Positions 1-12,124 of a DNA stretch of 64,000 nucleotides are shown here, in pieces. Source of the DNA: Haplodiscus bocki (Eukaryota); assembly GCA_965655095.1 (NCBI GenBank), contig OZ296650.1, positions 133,920,001 through 133,984,000 on the forward strand, given 5' to 3'. Under the pieces are notes generated by a model. The model was not told the DNA's origin and made no database searches. It saw only the letters and a program-made list of their open reading frames with translations. A program made the translations under genes and the position numbers. Numbering within the stretch: the first letter of the stretch is position 1; the number at the start of each line of letters is the position of its first letter.

Positions 1-3000
1 CTGATCAAAACTCTTCTACAAGAACAAATTGCAGTTGCTTTGGATAAAGAACCTTACCCGAACGTTCGGTGCCCATTTGGTTGCTGGTGTTTCATTGAAG
101 ATTCCGGTTTCATCACTGCGAAACACTTTTTGAATCTATTCGACCCAGCTTTCACATCTTTTGGAGCTTCTAGTCATTTACATCTTAGAGGAATTAGGTC
201 AGATTTCTTGGTTGCAACGTCATCATTGCGGAAGTTTCTAATTGCAACAACTGTGCGTGTAGACGAAGAAGAAGGATTGGTTGTTCACGCTTGCCCCATG
301 CACTCGAAGGGGTCGTCTGTGCAATACCTTCATCCTCCATCGCATCCTGTCCTGTCAAGAACTGCGTTAATTCACGATGAACGTTTGAGTATGGTGGCAC
401 CAACAATTTCGTGGATAACAAACATTAAAGCAAATTTCGCCAGTCATACCTACCAGTTATTGAAAAGTGTTGGCTCTTATAGTGGAATGAGTACAGTTCA
501 GTTGCGGCGGAGAACGCGTTGGGACATCACCAGCGATATCTTGTACCACGCTGAAGGCCTCGCTTGCCGTTTTCGAGAAGATGTTAAAACGAAGATTCGT
601 GAATGGGTGAGAGAAGGTAAAATCGTTGAAGATGTAGCTTTGGGGATTCTTGACTATCCTGCACAGATTGAGAACATTTCAGACTGTTTGTTGCCTGCCC
701 TTTCTACAGATTTGGAGACTTGTGTAGAATTAGCTAAAGTTCTAGATAAAAATGATAAAGACTATTTAAACAACGTGGAAGCTTTGAGCTGTTATTCCTT
801 CGCCCACGGAACCTGCGAGTATGGTTGTTCGCCCCCTCCTCTGAATTGTAAAGGCAGCAATGTTTTTTGGCTTGTACAAGCTGCACTGTGTCTGTCACCG
901 TTGATGTGTCGTTCTTTGGTAACATCAGGTAAGTATTCTGTGACCTTGAAGCCCTTGATATCTTTGCTGAGGAATGTCTTTATTACCTCAAAGGCAATGA
1001 AAAAAACCAGCAATACCCTACTTCTACAGCGCTCGGAAGAAGCAATAAGCACCTTGCTAGAGAAAAACCGAACTGAAGAGCAGTTAAAAGGTGTGAAGTA
1101 CTGTTGTTGCCATCTCGCAGCACAATTTTTGGCAACTGTGTCTGGGAATTTTTGCCACATCCCCTTAACGAATCGAAAAAATATAACTTGTTATACAAAT
1201 GTGCAACTTCCCGTTGAAACAACTCACGCTTTATTCACCACCAATTCTCCCAATAATTTGCGGAGCAAAAGCGAACCTCCGTTAAGGTTGGTTGTCAACG
1301 ATATCGGCTATGAACTGATTGCAGTCGGAGCAAAGGACGGAGGCCCGGCCGACGAGCCAAGGTTGATGGTTCGACATGCACGTGACTTCCAAAAGTTCTG
1401 GCTTTTGGAGAAAAGCTGCAGATACGCTAGGAAGATGACAGAATCTAGAACTGAGGCTTTGAGTTCAGGTCTTCGTGGATATTGGACGATAGCATTTTAT
1501 GAGAAATCAAGAAATCTTGAATCAGCTGATTTGAAATGGAACTTTCTGAGCACTTTGACGGGTCAAGGCGTCTTCATCTGTGAATCTCATGACGTTCCTT
1601 TGACAAGAGACTTCAGAAAGAGCAGTTTTCGTTGTAGATGCACCCGTGCTTCTTTTTTGCGTTGCCCTTATTCCCAATGTAACAGTTGCGTATGCAAGCG
1701 TCACTTCAACGAAGGTCTACAGAGTCGGAATAGGCGTGTTCTTGTTGATCCAATGCCGATGTCGAAAAAGAGGGGAAATACGCAATTCTCACCTGTTAAT
1801 TCAGAGTCGTCTACCATGCAGGTTGTATCAGAAACATCATCTATTGTAGAGTCAATCGAATCAAGCGAGCCTGATGCAGCAGCAATTGCCTTTGGTAGGG
1901 TGTCCAACAACAATTTTTCTGTTGTTGGGGATTTCTCTTTCGAAGTTGACAACCATGAACCTCTTGAAGACAGCGTGAATGTATTGGCTAGTCTCCAAAC
2001 TTGCCCTGATAAAAAAGCTCTTTTCATTGATCCACACCGAAAAGAAGATCTTTTCAAACTGCCACTTCACATTCTGCTCAATTCTCAATGCAACCTTTTG
2101 TACCGGCATAAAGGGAGTCCAATCAGTTTGTCGCTGAAAGAAAAACGTTTTTTAGAAAACATTGCAGCAACTTCCACGACAGCGCTGCCTCTAATTCAAC
2201 CAGAAGCTCTTTTGTTTCCATCAATTTTTTGGTGTCAAGCTAACAACGGTAGTTTTCATGGAGCAATACCAGCCGCGCTTTACAACAACTCCAAGTACAA
2301 CAGACAACTGGGTTTTGCTGGTTTGGAAGACATGCTTCGTACGAGAATCGAAGATGGTTCGCTGTTGACATCATGCAATCCAACTTATTTGCAGTATGTG
2401 TTTGACAGCCTTTTGAACATGCAGCTTCACAAAACTGATGTTAGATTGGTTTTAAATCGGGGATGGCAGGAAGTGAGTTCTGGCCCTACAAATTGTTCAT
2501 TTGTTTCAACGCAAACGTTCAAGTTTGACTGTGCAGAAAGTCGTAAAAATGTTTGTGAACTCGCAGATTTAATTCGAGATAAAAATCCAACGTACTTTTT
2601 GACATATACTTGCAGCCAATCGACCCATCCTGGCGTTAGAAAAATTTTTTAAGCACTCTATGAAATGTACCCACCAGAAACTACAAAAAAGGAACTGCTT
2701 TCTGCCGCCATTCAAGCAGAATTGATGCCAATGCTCAGGTGTTGGTATAGAGCTTCACAATACGTAATGGAGTGGGTGAAAAAGTCTCCAGAAAGACCAC
2801 TGGGACCAGTATACCACGTTTGGATGCGGTATGAATGGTAGGAGGAGACAGCTGGGTTCCCTCATTTGCATGTGATACTTTGTACTCCAGAAGACAAGTT
2901 TTCTAATGAGGTGAGATCTCGAGTTTGCTGTTCAAAAGAAACTTTTTTGGGTGCATTAGAAAGCAGTTGCCCTCAATTAACGAAAGACGAAAGGTTGCAT

Positions 3001-6000
3001 CTGGGTGAGTTATTCCAAAAGTATCAAATTCATAACTGTACCAAAGGGCGTCAGCGATGCCATAAAAAAACAGATCGTCTCAATCAGCCAATTTGTCGTG
3101 TGCCAAGATATCCACCATCGAATGCATTTTCGTTCAAAAAAGTTCCCATTAACTTCTCTTCTGAAACAATGGACTTGTTACAAGCCATGGACTTAGCAGA
3201 CATTGACGTTAACACGTTGTTGCCGAAGGTCAAAGACCCTCTAATTGCCGGGAAGCATCACTATCCGACTGTGTCTAACGAGCATTTCTCGCCAACCAAT
3301 GCAGCTTTGTTTGCACTGACTCAATCAAGCACTAACGTTCAAATTTGCGACGATTACACGGCACCCCGTTACGTTGCGAAGTATGCAGCGGGCATTGAAT
3401 CTCGAGCAGCAGCCACAATTGTTGCAGGTCAGACAGAGAACAGTGTAAAGGTTCTGACAGAACCGATAGAACATGAGAAGATAGCAGGTGTTCGAGCTTG
3501 TTTGAAAAATTTGCGTCAGGAAGAGAAACGACAATCAGTAAAAGGTCGCATTGTCAGTATTACTGAATGTCTTTGGTGGTGCTTACAACTTCCTTACGTC
3601 TGCACAAATGTTGACTTTGTACATGTGCCTACAGTTCCCAAAGAATATCGTTCAGGAATTGTAATTGAGAAACGTTTTCACAAGTCTCCGAATTTCAGCG
3701 CCACTTTCACTGATGGAGTCCGTGTGCGAAAAGAATTGTTGGAACTGCCAAAACTTCGACAATTTACAAAAAGTCAAACCCTCCTCCTTGCAGATGTTGA
3801 GAACAGTTTCATTTCTCCTGACAAGGTAACTGTTTTTGGACTGAGGCCGCCGGAACTTTTGTTCGTATCCCAGTTAAAAGACTACTACAGCTGGTTTGTG
3901 CGGTGCAAACCCAGAAGAACAAACTGCCTTAGCAATCACGAGAAGTTCTTGAAAAAAAGTTTACGTAAAAGCTGCTGGGTTGATGCACTTGGATATTTGG
4001 TTAAACTGCGCCCATCTGCTGTTAACTCTTCCGTAAGTCTCTGTCAAGAAAAGTTTTGTGAAGAACGGAATCAGTTCCTGAAACGCGAAATGAGGAAACA
4101 CATTGTTCCTATTCTTGAAAACAAGAACAGTTCTCAGTTCGTTGCTCATTGGAGAAACTTGTCAGAAGAAGAGGCCGTTGTTGTTTTCAGCAACACTCTA
4201 CCGAATAACCCAACAAAGTTTTTACTTCATCTGTTACTGACCGTCGGGAAACTTGACACTGAGTTGGACATCTTGAACGTCCAAAGTTTCAAAGAAGCTT
4301 TCATAAAAGCGGGTATTCTGCTAAACTCAACCGTCACTGATGGCGCAGTGAAAGAAATAGCTAAGAAGTATTTGCTGGAACAGCTTCGCTTCACTCCAGG
4401 GTCATCTAAATTGATTGACACTTACTTGGTAATGGCCCATAGTGTTATATCGGAGGCACTATTATTAAATAATCTATTTTTTGCTGCTGCTTTACCACCT
4501 GTTCTGGACAAAAGTGTCCTGGAGGAATGCGAAGAAACAGTCACAATTCAACTGGCTATGGAAAAGTGTAAAATGATAGCTTTCCTTCAGACATGTCAGA
4601 CTGAAATACCTGCAGAGCAAACGATGATCGACGCCACTTTCAATACTCCAGTGCCTTGGAAGCCACTTTTACAGAAGAGCTCGGATCAAAGTAAAAACTC
4701 ATTTTTAGAGCAGCGTCAAGTTTTGGACGAACTCATTAATTCAATAGACATGTATAAACGAGGACATTGCACTTTCATAAGACATCAGATTGTTTTCGGT
4801 CCACCGGGAAGCGGCAAAACTTTTGTGATGCTGAAGTCCCTTGCTTACGGCTTATGCCAAGGATTGCATTGTGTGGTGACATCCATAGCAGCCGAAAGAT
4901 CTGCTGCTTTAGCTGGAAAACATCTAAATGCTTTGATACCATTTCCAGTTGAAAAATGTTGCTCTGCAGAATCACTTTCGAAGAAAGCTCTGTCCAATTT
5001 ACAACGATCTCCTATCAAAAGCCGAGTTTTACAGTACTTAGACGTAATTTTCGTTGAAGAACTTTCGATGATATCTAGCGAGCTTTGGGCAGCGACAGAT
5101 CATGTTTTGCAAGTTGTCACGGCAAATTATGTTCCTTTCGGCGGAAAACTCGTTGTCGCAACTGGTGACTTCTTTCAACTTCCCCCGCCCTCTGGATCTT
5201 ACTTGATGAGTTCCTCTTTTCCTTTAACAACCTTTGCTTTCCACAATTTGAAAAATTTCGTCCGAATGCGGAACAAGAACGGCCAGGAACTGTTATCATT
5301 GTTATCAGCAACGCCTGAAACAGATGCCAATGCAGAAAGAATTTGGAAAATTATGGAAAAAGATTGCAATTTTGTACAATCGTGGAACGACGTGCCGAAC
5401 GACAGAATTCGAATTTTTGCTACTAGACAAGCGGAACGAAAAGCAACCGAGAATAAAATCAATGAAGTTAAATGCAGCAGAACACAATTCTTTGAAAGTG
5501 CGTCCATCGACGAAATGTGCGTTTCGAGCACCGACAACTGGAGTGAGGCGACTGCAACAGCGTCGAAGTTCCTGAACAAAAAGTGCCTTGAGCCCCAATC
5601 ACTTTTTCTATACCCCGGTGCTATTATGCGATTAACTGTCAACAAACCATCCATATCAGCATATCAAGGTCAACTTTGCGTCCTCCTGACTTTGGATACC
5701 ATTGAAAATGGTACCCTAACAGTTGCTCTTGCTCCAGCTGGTTGCAGAAAGATCCCGCCACTCTCTGTGATCAGAAACAGTTGGAGGTGTGTTGTTATTG
5801 GCAAGGAAACCGGTGTAGCCTTCCGATTAAACCATAAAACAGTGTGCAGGAGGATACAGTATCCGTTAAAGCTTTTTGTTGCGTCCACCATTCACAAGAC
5901 CATGGGCGAAACTCTGCCGATGGTGGCGACGCAAATAGTGGGGTCACGAGATTTTGCTTTGTGGCTTCCTGAGCAGTTGTATGTGGTTATGAGCAGGGTA

Positions 6001-6582
6001 AGGAGTTTGAACCATGTGACTTTTGTGGGCACGAAGGAGGAGAATAGAAGAGCAGTTTTAGACTTAGTCCGCAAAAAATCACAGTGGGCTGAGCTGACTA
6101 ATGAAATTCTGACAAAAAGTTCTGCGCGCCATCCCACAGTTTATCATGCCAAAGCATCGCCTTTTCCACCATCAACTCGTGACCTACCTACCCAAAACTT
6201 GGGTTTCTGTTACTTGCTGCAGAGTGTCCCACAAAGTCAGCTGTTGTACATTGGCTCCACTATGTCATTGGAGCGTCGTCTGAGGGAACACAATTCTGGA
6301 TTAGGTTCCAAGTTCACAAATTTTACAAATCGGTTGCCCTGGAAAGTTTGTGCCTATGTAACTGGGTTCAATTTAACCAATGCGTCTCATAGAGTCCGCG
6401 TATTTGAGAAAGAATGGCTGGATGCAGCATCGAACTACGTTAATCTCACAAAGAAAAATGTATCACTCTTCACAGCCATCAATTTAGGTGAAGACATTGC
6501 AAAAACTTGGCCGCACAAAGAAGACGGTTTAAAACTTATTGTATGTAGTGGTGAACCCACTGCCTGTTTAAAGCCATGGTGA
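1..6582 (+). pseudogene. Rep/helicase/GIY-YIG polyprotein, family A copy 1, 5'-truncated by the window, two in-frame stops
   Basis: One reading frame with motifs YFLTYTC, GFPHLHVIL (HUH), YVAKY, GPPGSGKT, GDFFQLPP, QYPLK..ASTIHK, YVVMSRV, and CYLL..YIG..RRLREHN. Stops TAA 2650-2652 and TAG 2839-2841 fall where copy 2 has CAG. Confidence 0.9.
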
Positions 6583-7422
6583 TCGCAATATCCATTCTGA
6601 CAAGACTGCTGAAACCATTTTCGGTTGTGCACAATGTTTCTGCGTACGCGTTGGATCCCAACTGCTTCGACTGCATAGTGAAGCGTTGACAGAGTTCCCT
6701 TCCTTTATTCTGTATAAATTTGCATCGACTGCACAGTGTTGCGAATTTCAGCATAGGACTACTGACAAAAAAATTTTGGCTCGACTGACTGCTGCGACTG
6801 TAGATTGCCGCATTTTGAAATGTCAGCTCGTATTGCTCCTTCAGTGCCCTTGATAATATGCACCAGATGAACTGTTTAGAATTTTTGTTCAGCATTTTTG
6901 ATTAGTTGAATTTTCTTGCTTAGTGTAGCTTTGAGTACGTATTAGACTTCAGTTGTGGAACATGTGCAATGAAAATATATTTTATTATCCTTTACTTTCT
7001 ACAAGTTTTGTGGACAGAAAAAAAACCGATGTAATAATGGTGTATTCGAATGCATTGCTCCCCTTTTTTTTCTATGGCCTTAAGTGTTACTGATCGACAA
7101 AGCGTGATGCGTTAAACCGTAAGATAACTGTAATTATAACATAACATTTCTGTGAATTAAACTCAGTGATGAAGAAGATTTGAGAACTCTGAATAATTGA
7201 TGAACTTGTCATGCTTTTTTTGAAAAACAGGTTGCTTTACTTGAAGCAATAGCGCTATTTCACTGTATTAAATGCTTGAAACCGAAAATACTTGCCTGTT
7301 GACTTGAATGAACCTTAAAGGAAAATGCGTTCACAGAATCTTTAAAAAAAGTAGAAAGCATGGTTTTGAATATTCCAATTGTTCAGTTCTCAGGCAGCTT
7401 CAACCACGTTTGATTTCAGACT

Positions 7423-8432
7423 ATGACAACTCAAGTCAACACCTCCCAAGTAACAGCTCCAATTTTTTTGCGTCGAAGCGAAAATACGTTCGTCAGAGGT
7501 ATCGTTCTAGTTACTAAGAAATACGACAAACCTTTGCAGTTGTTTAGACCGCAAAATATCAAAAACAAGAGAGGTGCCCTCGATACCATCTATGACCGAT
7601 TAATCATACTAGGCGAAATCATTTCAAAAGAATGCTTTACTGTGATTGCGGAGTCTGCACAGAAAATCCCTTTTTTGTTCGGGGACACTCTGTTAACAGT
7701 AGCGTCAATTGTGGACGTAAAAGAACCTGTGTTCTCCAACTTTTGTCTCGGCAATGACCGCAGTAATCCCATTTTACATGTCTTCCTTCCTTTGAAGTCG
7801 TCATTAACGATATTCCATTGTTGCCAATTCCCATAGATCTCCACCCATCAACGACAGCAATGTTTCACTTTTGCTTGCCAAACAGACCCCTCACCTTCTT
7901 ACAAGCAAGTGCTTTGGCTCCAACTTGCTCAGGCTTCATGTGTGACAGAGGAGAAAAACGAATTGACTCTGTATGCCACTGTATACAGAAATCTCCTGTT
8001 TCAGCTTGGGTAATGTGCGCCCGAATTGTCAGTCGTGACATCGAAAATGAAGACGAAGACCCCCTCACGGGAGAAAAAATGCAAAGTGTTAACCTGACAA
8101 AAATATTTTGCAGCGAAGCAATTTTTAGAACTTCATTTGCATCAATCGATTCGCAACAACTGCGGAATGCTGTTAACCAGGTGTCCCAATTTGTAAATGA
8201 GAATGGAGGGTGGCAGGTATATGGATTTTACAAAAGTTGATCCACAATCGAAAATCTTGCACAAAACGTACAACGTGTCCGCATTTGCAAAATTACGCCT
8301 GCAGTTGAAATGCCTTTTAACTTGAAGTACAACATTGTGCCATGCAACGCCAATATTGGCAATGAGCCCCCAGCTTTGCAACATGCGAATGCTAACATCG
8401 GTGCTCCTAACAATCCGAACAACCTACGATAG
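7423..8432 (+). pseudogene. Accessory ~336 aa protein (putative OB-fold/Zn), disrupted
   Basis: Homologous to 25258-26268. A 1-nt deletion near 7790 splits it into ORFs 7423-7836 and 7818-8240, and GGA>TGA gives a stop at 8238-8240. Confidence 0.85.
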
Positions 8433-9449
8433 CTGATCTAGAGTGACTCTTCAGAAGACCGTTCTTTCTCAACCGCGTGAACTGCTTGCAGTTTCTCAAG
8501 ACCAATCTCTCCTTTCGCAATCGACCGCAAGGTGGTTGCTGAAAAAAAACATGCACAAAGTAACAAGTTTCGCGAAAAAAGTCAACTGATAATGTTGTCC
8601 TCGTTCTTTCATACCAAAGTTTGTTCTCCTGCTTTTTTCAACCTTGAAACCTATGCTTCAATTTTCTTGTTTATGATAAAGTTTAACTTTCCAGTACTTA
8701 TCAGTACCGAAAGGTTAATTGTTGGTTTTTGTAGAACTGTAAACACTAATGTCAAATTAGTTGTTGTTGAACAATGGAAATTAGTTTGCAGCTGCCGACG
8801 ACTCGTCTCTGTAAACTTATGTTTTTCAGTAGCTTAGAACATTGTCCTAATTCGTGCTGCTTTTCAATGTGGTTTGTTGGTTCGTGTACAAGTTTTGAAC
8901 TTTTCATATTATCCAATGAACTTCTTTCTTGTTTTGTTAAACATTACTATCCGTTCATCACCGAACGTTTTGAACTTTGAAACGCTGGCTTGCTCTTCTA
9001 TCGGTCGAAGTGCACGCTCTCAGTTCGTTGCTTGACGTTTGATACAGTGTTGTAATTTTCGCTAACAGAAGAATGGGATCAAACTTTCATACGAAATTTT
9101 AGGGAAATTTTTTTCTGAAGTCTATACAGGTTCATTTGGTTCATTCGGGTTGTTTTCACAAAGTAACAGCTGGGAACCTACTGCCTACAAATTGACAACA
9201 TTGATGCGAAACTTTTTGAGAAAGTTAAAACACTTTCGCTGGTCAAATTTTGAAAGTATTCGTTCGGACAAAAATTTTAGTTTTCCTTCCCAGAAACTCA
9301 TCAAACTTGAAGTTGTTTGTTAAAGGAACAGTTGCTCTCCGAGAATTGCGGGCAAAAATTCCTGCCGACGTTTCACCATACGCCTGTTTAAGTGTTATAT
9401 TCAAATTCTACAGCAAAAATTGATTTTTTTCTGATTTTTGTTTTTTTTT

Positions 9450-10041
9450 CCAAAAAATTCGTCATAACCGTCATTTTTTTCGGCAAAGTGGCCGAAACTT
9501 TTTCATCTTCGGAAAATTGCCTTTGAAGTTATGGAGTCGATTTCATACTGGAGCCACTCCAAAGCGCAAACTAGGTAATTCAAAGTTGGAGCTATGACGA
9601 AATGATCAAATTTTGGCATTTTTTTCCAAATTTGATGCGTCATATCTCCACACTTATGACGAATTGGTAGAAAAATTTTACATGTGTGTAGCTCTTTGTT
9701 ATTCTGCTTCACACGAAAAGTTTCGGCCAAATGCATGTGGTTAATTGCAGGGCTGTTGGTTAAAAACTGCAAAAAATGGCCAAAAAACAGAATCATTCCG
9801 TCATAATTCCCCAACCAGTTTTGCTAGAATGATCTAACTTGCACCATTGTTCTTAGAATTGAAAGTTATGCCCGCATGCAAAGTTTGATCAAAATCGTAT
9901 GGGTGGGAGCTGAGATCGTTATTTTCCTATACCGTATTTGCATAGAGTTATTTCTTATATTTTAACGCGAGGCAAAGGGGCCCCTCCCCCGCCTCGCCAG
10001 GACCTATGAGGGGCGTAATCCCGTGACCACCCAGTGGAGGC
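9450..10041. repeat. Shared ~0.6-kb terminal module (CGTCAT iterons, GC hairpins, 18-bp core)
   Basis: The block recurs at ~10500-11089, ~11535-12124, ~12585-13173 and ~27315-27908, and in diverged form at ~42310-42914 and ~57345-57949. Confidence 0.9.
10024..10041. other. 18-bp junction core 1 (A1|S1)
   Basis: Exact TGACCACCCAGTGGAGGC. Confidence 0.95.
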
Positions 10042-10226
10042 ACCGGTGAAAATCACCAGGTGGCGGTCACTGGATATACACCTCTGAAAAAGGAAAAAAA
10101 CTACTAGTCTTTTCCTCGAACACAGTATTGATTTTTGCAAACGCATGTTTTATACATTGAAATTGAGCCGTTGAAATCTTCGTTGATATCAAAAAGACAT
10201 CGATGATGAAACTTGCGAACGCTTTG

Positions 10227-10275
10227 GCCCCGTTGTTTCTCCGTGCCGCTTCGCTAATCTACGAAACAACGGGGC
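10227..10275. repeat. 13-bp inverted repeat GCCCCGTTGTTTC/GAAACAACGGGGC with 23-nt spacer
   Basis: Perfect arms, repeated in S2 (11265-11313) and S3 (12311-12361). Confidence 0.9.
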
Positions 10276-11071
10276 GGGGCAATTAACAATTTGACTTTTG
10301 AGATTTTCCCCCTCAATTTTAGACCAAATTAAATATTACTTTTTTCCCAGAAAAACTTCAAAACTTCAGCCCACAAAAGATGCTAAACTTCAAAAGGCTG
10401 CACATTAAGACAATTCTGAAGAAAAACTGGCTGAAAAAATGCCAGATTTGAATTCTTTAATGAAAACTGTGTTTTTGAAAATTTTCATTTTTTTTCTGAA
10501 TTTTTCGTCATAACCGTCATTTTTTTCGGCATACTGGCCGAAAATTTTTTATCGTCAAAAAATTATCTTTCAAGATATGGAGTCAATTTCATACTGGAGC
10601 CACTCCAGAGCGCAAACTAGGTAATTCAATGTGGGAGCTATGACGAAATGATCAAATTTTGGCCTTTTTCTCCAAATTTGATGCGTCATATCTCTACACT
10701 TCGGACGAATTGGTAGAAACGTTTTTGCATGTGTGTAGCTCTTAGTTATTCTGCTTCACACAAAACGTTTCGGCCAAATGCATGTGGTTACTTGCAGGGC
10801 TGTCGCTTAAAAACTGCAAAAAAGGGCCAAAAAACAGAATCATCCCGTCATAATTCCCCAACCAGTTTTGCTAGAATGATCTAACTTGCACCATTGTTCA
10901 TAGAATTGTAAACTATGCCTGCATGCAAATTCTCATCAAAATCGTATGGGTGGGAGCTGAGATCGCAAATTCCCTATACCGTACGTGCGTATTTGTTATT
11001 TCTTATATTTTAACGCGAGGCAAAGGGGCCCCTCCCCCGCCTCGCCAGGACGTATGACGGGCGCAATCCCT

Positions 11072-11089
11072 TGACCACCCAGTGGAGGC
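11072..11089. other. 18-bp junction core 2 (S1|S2)
   Basis: Exact TGACCACCCAGTGGAGGC. Confidence 0.95.
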
Positions 11090-12124
11090 ACCACCAGGTG
11101 GCGGTCACTGGTTATGACATTCTGAAACTTTAACAAAATTGCAAGTCTTCTCTTTCAACACAGTAATGATTTTTGCAAATGCAACTTTTATATATTGAAA
11201 CTTAGCATGTGAAATCTTCACCGATATGGATGAGACATCGAGGATGGAGCTCGCAAACATTTTGGCCCCGTTGTTTCTCCGAGTCGCTTCGCTAATCTAC
11301 GAAACAACGGGGCGGGGCACTTAACATTTTCTTTTTCGAAAAATTTTTCCTCAAGTTTTTGCCAAACTTTGATTGTTTTCCCGAAACACTTCAGAACCTC
11401 AAACCACAAAAGGTGCTACAACTCAAAAAAACTTTGCAGTATGACAATTTTGGAGGAAAATTTGACCAAAAATTGCCAGAATCGAATTGTAGAATTAAAA
11501 CTGATTTTTTGTGTGAAAATTATTTTTTTTTCGAAAAATTCGTCATAACCGTCATTTTTTTCGGCAAACTGGCCGAAACTTTTTCATCGTCGAAAAATGT
11601 TCTTTCAAGTTATGGAGTTGATTTCATACTGGAGCCACTCCAGAGGGCAAACTATGCACTTGGATGTGGGAGCTATGACGAAATGGTCGATTTTCGGCAT
11701 TTTTTTCCAACTTTGATCCGTCATATCTCAACACCTATGACGAGTTGGCAGAAATTTTTTTGCATGCGTGTAGCCCTTAGTTATTCTGCTTCACACAAAA
11801 AGTTTCGGCCAAATGCATGTGGTTACTTGCAGGGCTGTCGGTAAAAAACTGCAAAATGAGGCCAAAAAACAGAATCATCCCGTCATAACTCCCCAACCAT
11901 TTTTGCTAGAATGATCTAACTTGCACCATTGATCATAGAATTGTAAACTATGCCTGCATGCAAAGTTTGATCAAAATCGTATGGGTGAGAGCTGAGATCG
12001 CAAATTCCCTATACCGTATGTGCGTATTTGTTATTTCTTATATTTTAACGCGAGGCAAAGGGGCCCCTCCCCCGCCTCGCAAGGACTAATGTGGGGCGCA
12101 ATCCCCTGACCACCCAGTGGAGGC
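11090..12124. mobile_element. Non-autonomous mini-element S2 (1035 bp), diverged variant
   Basis: Homologous to S1/S3 but more diverged. Lacks the 13-nt GGTGAAAATCACC hairpin at its start. Confidence 0.85.
12107..12124. other. 18-bp junction core 3 (S2|S3)
   Basis: Exact TGACCACCCAGTGGAGGC. Confidence 0.95.

Larger units (their letters stand above)
1..10041 (+). mobile_element. Helitron-like element, family A copy 1 (left end outside window)
   Basis: RepHel-type gene plus accessory gene, then terminal module ending in TGACCACCCAGTGGAGGC (10024-10041). Colinear with copy 2 at an offset of 17826 bp. Confidence 0.9.
10042..11089. mobile_element. Non-autonomous mini-element S1 (1048 bp)
   Basis: Starts ACCGGTGAAAATCACC (compare A2 start GACGGTGAAAATTACC), has an internal 13-bp inverted repeat and ends in the terminal module plus 18-mer. 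No credible CDS. Confidence 0.85.

Noticed and set aside
6536-6895. 119-aa minus-strand ORF downstream of the A polyprotein
   Set aside because: It is shortened in A2, overlaps the polyprotein end and has no recognisable motif.
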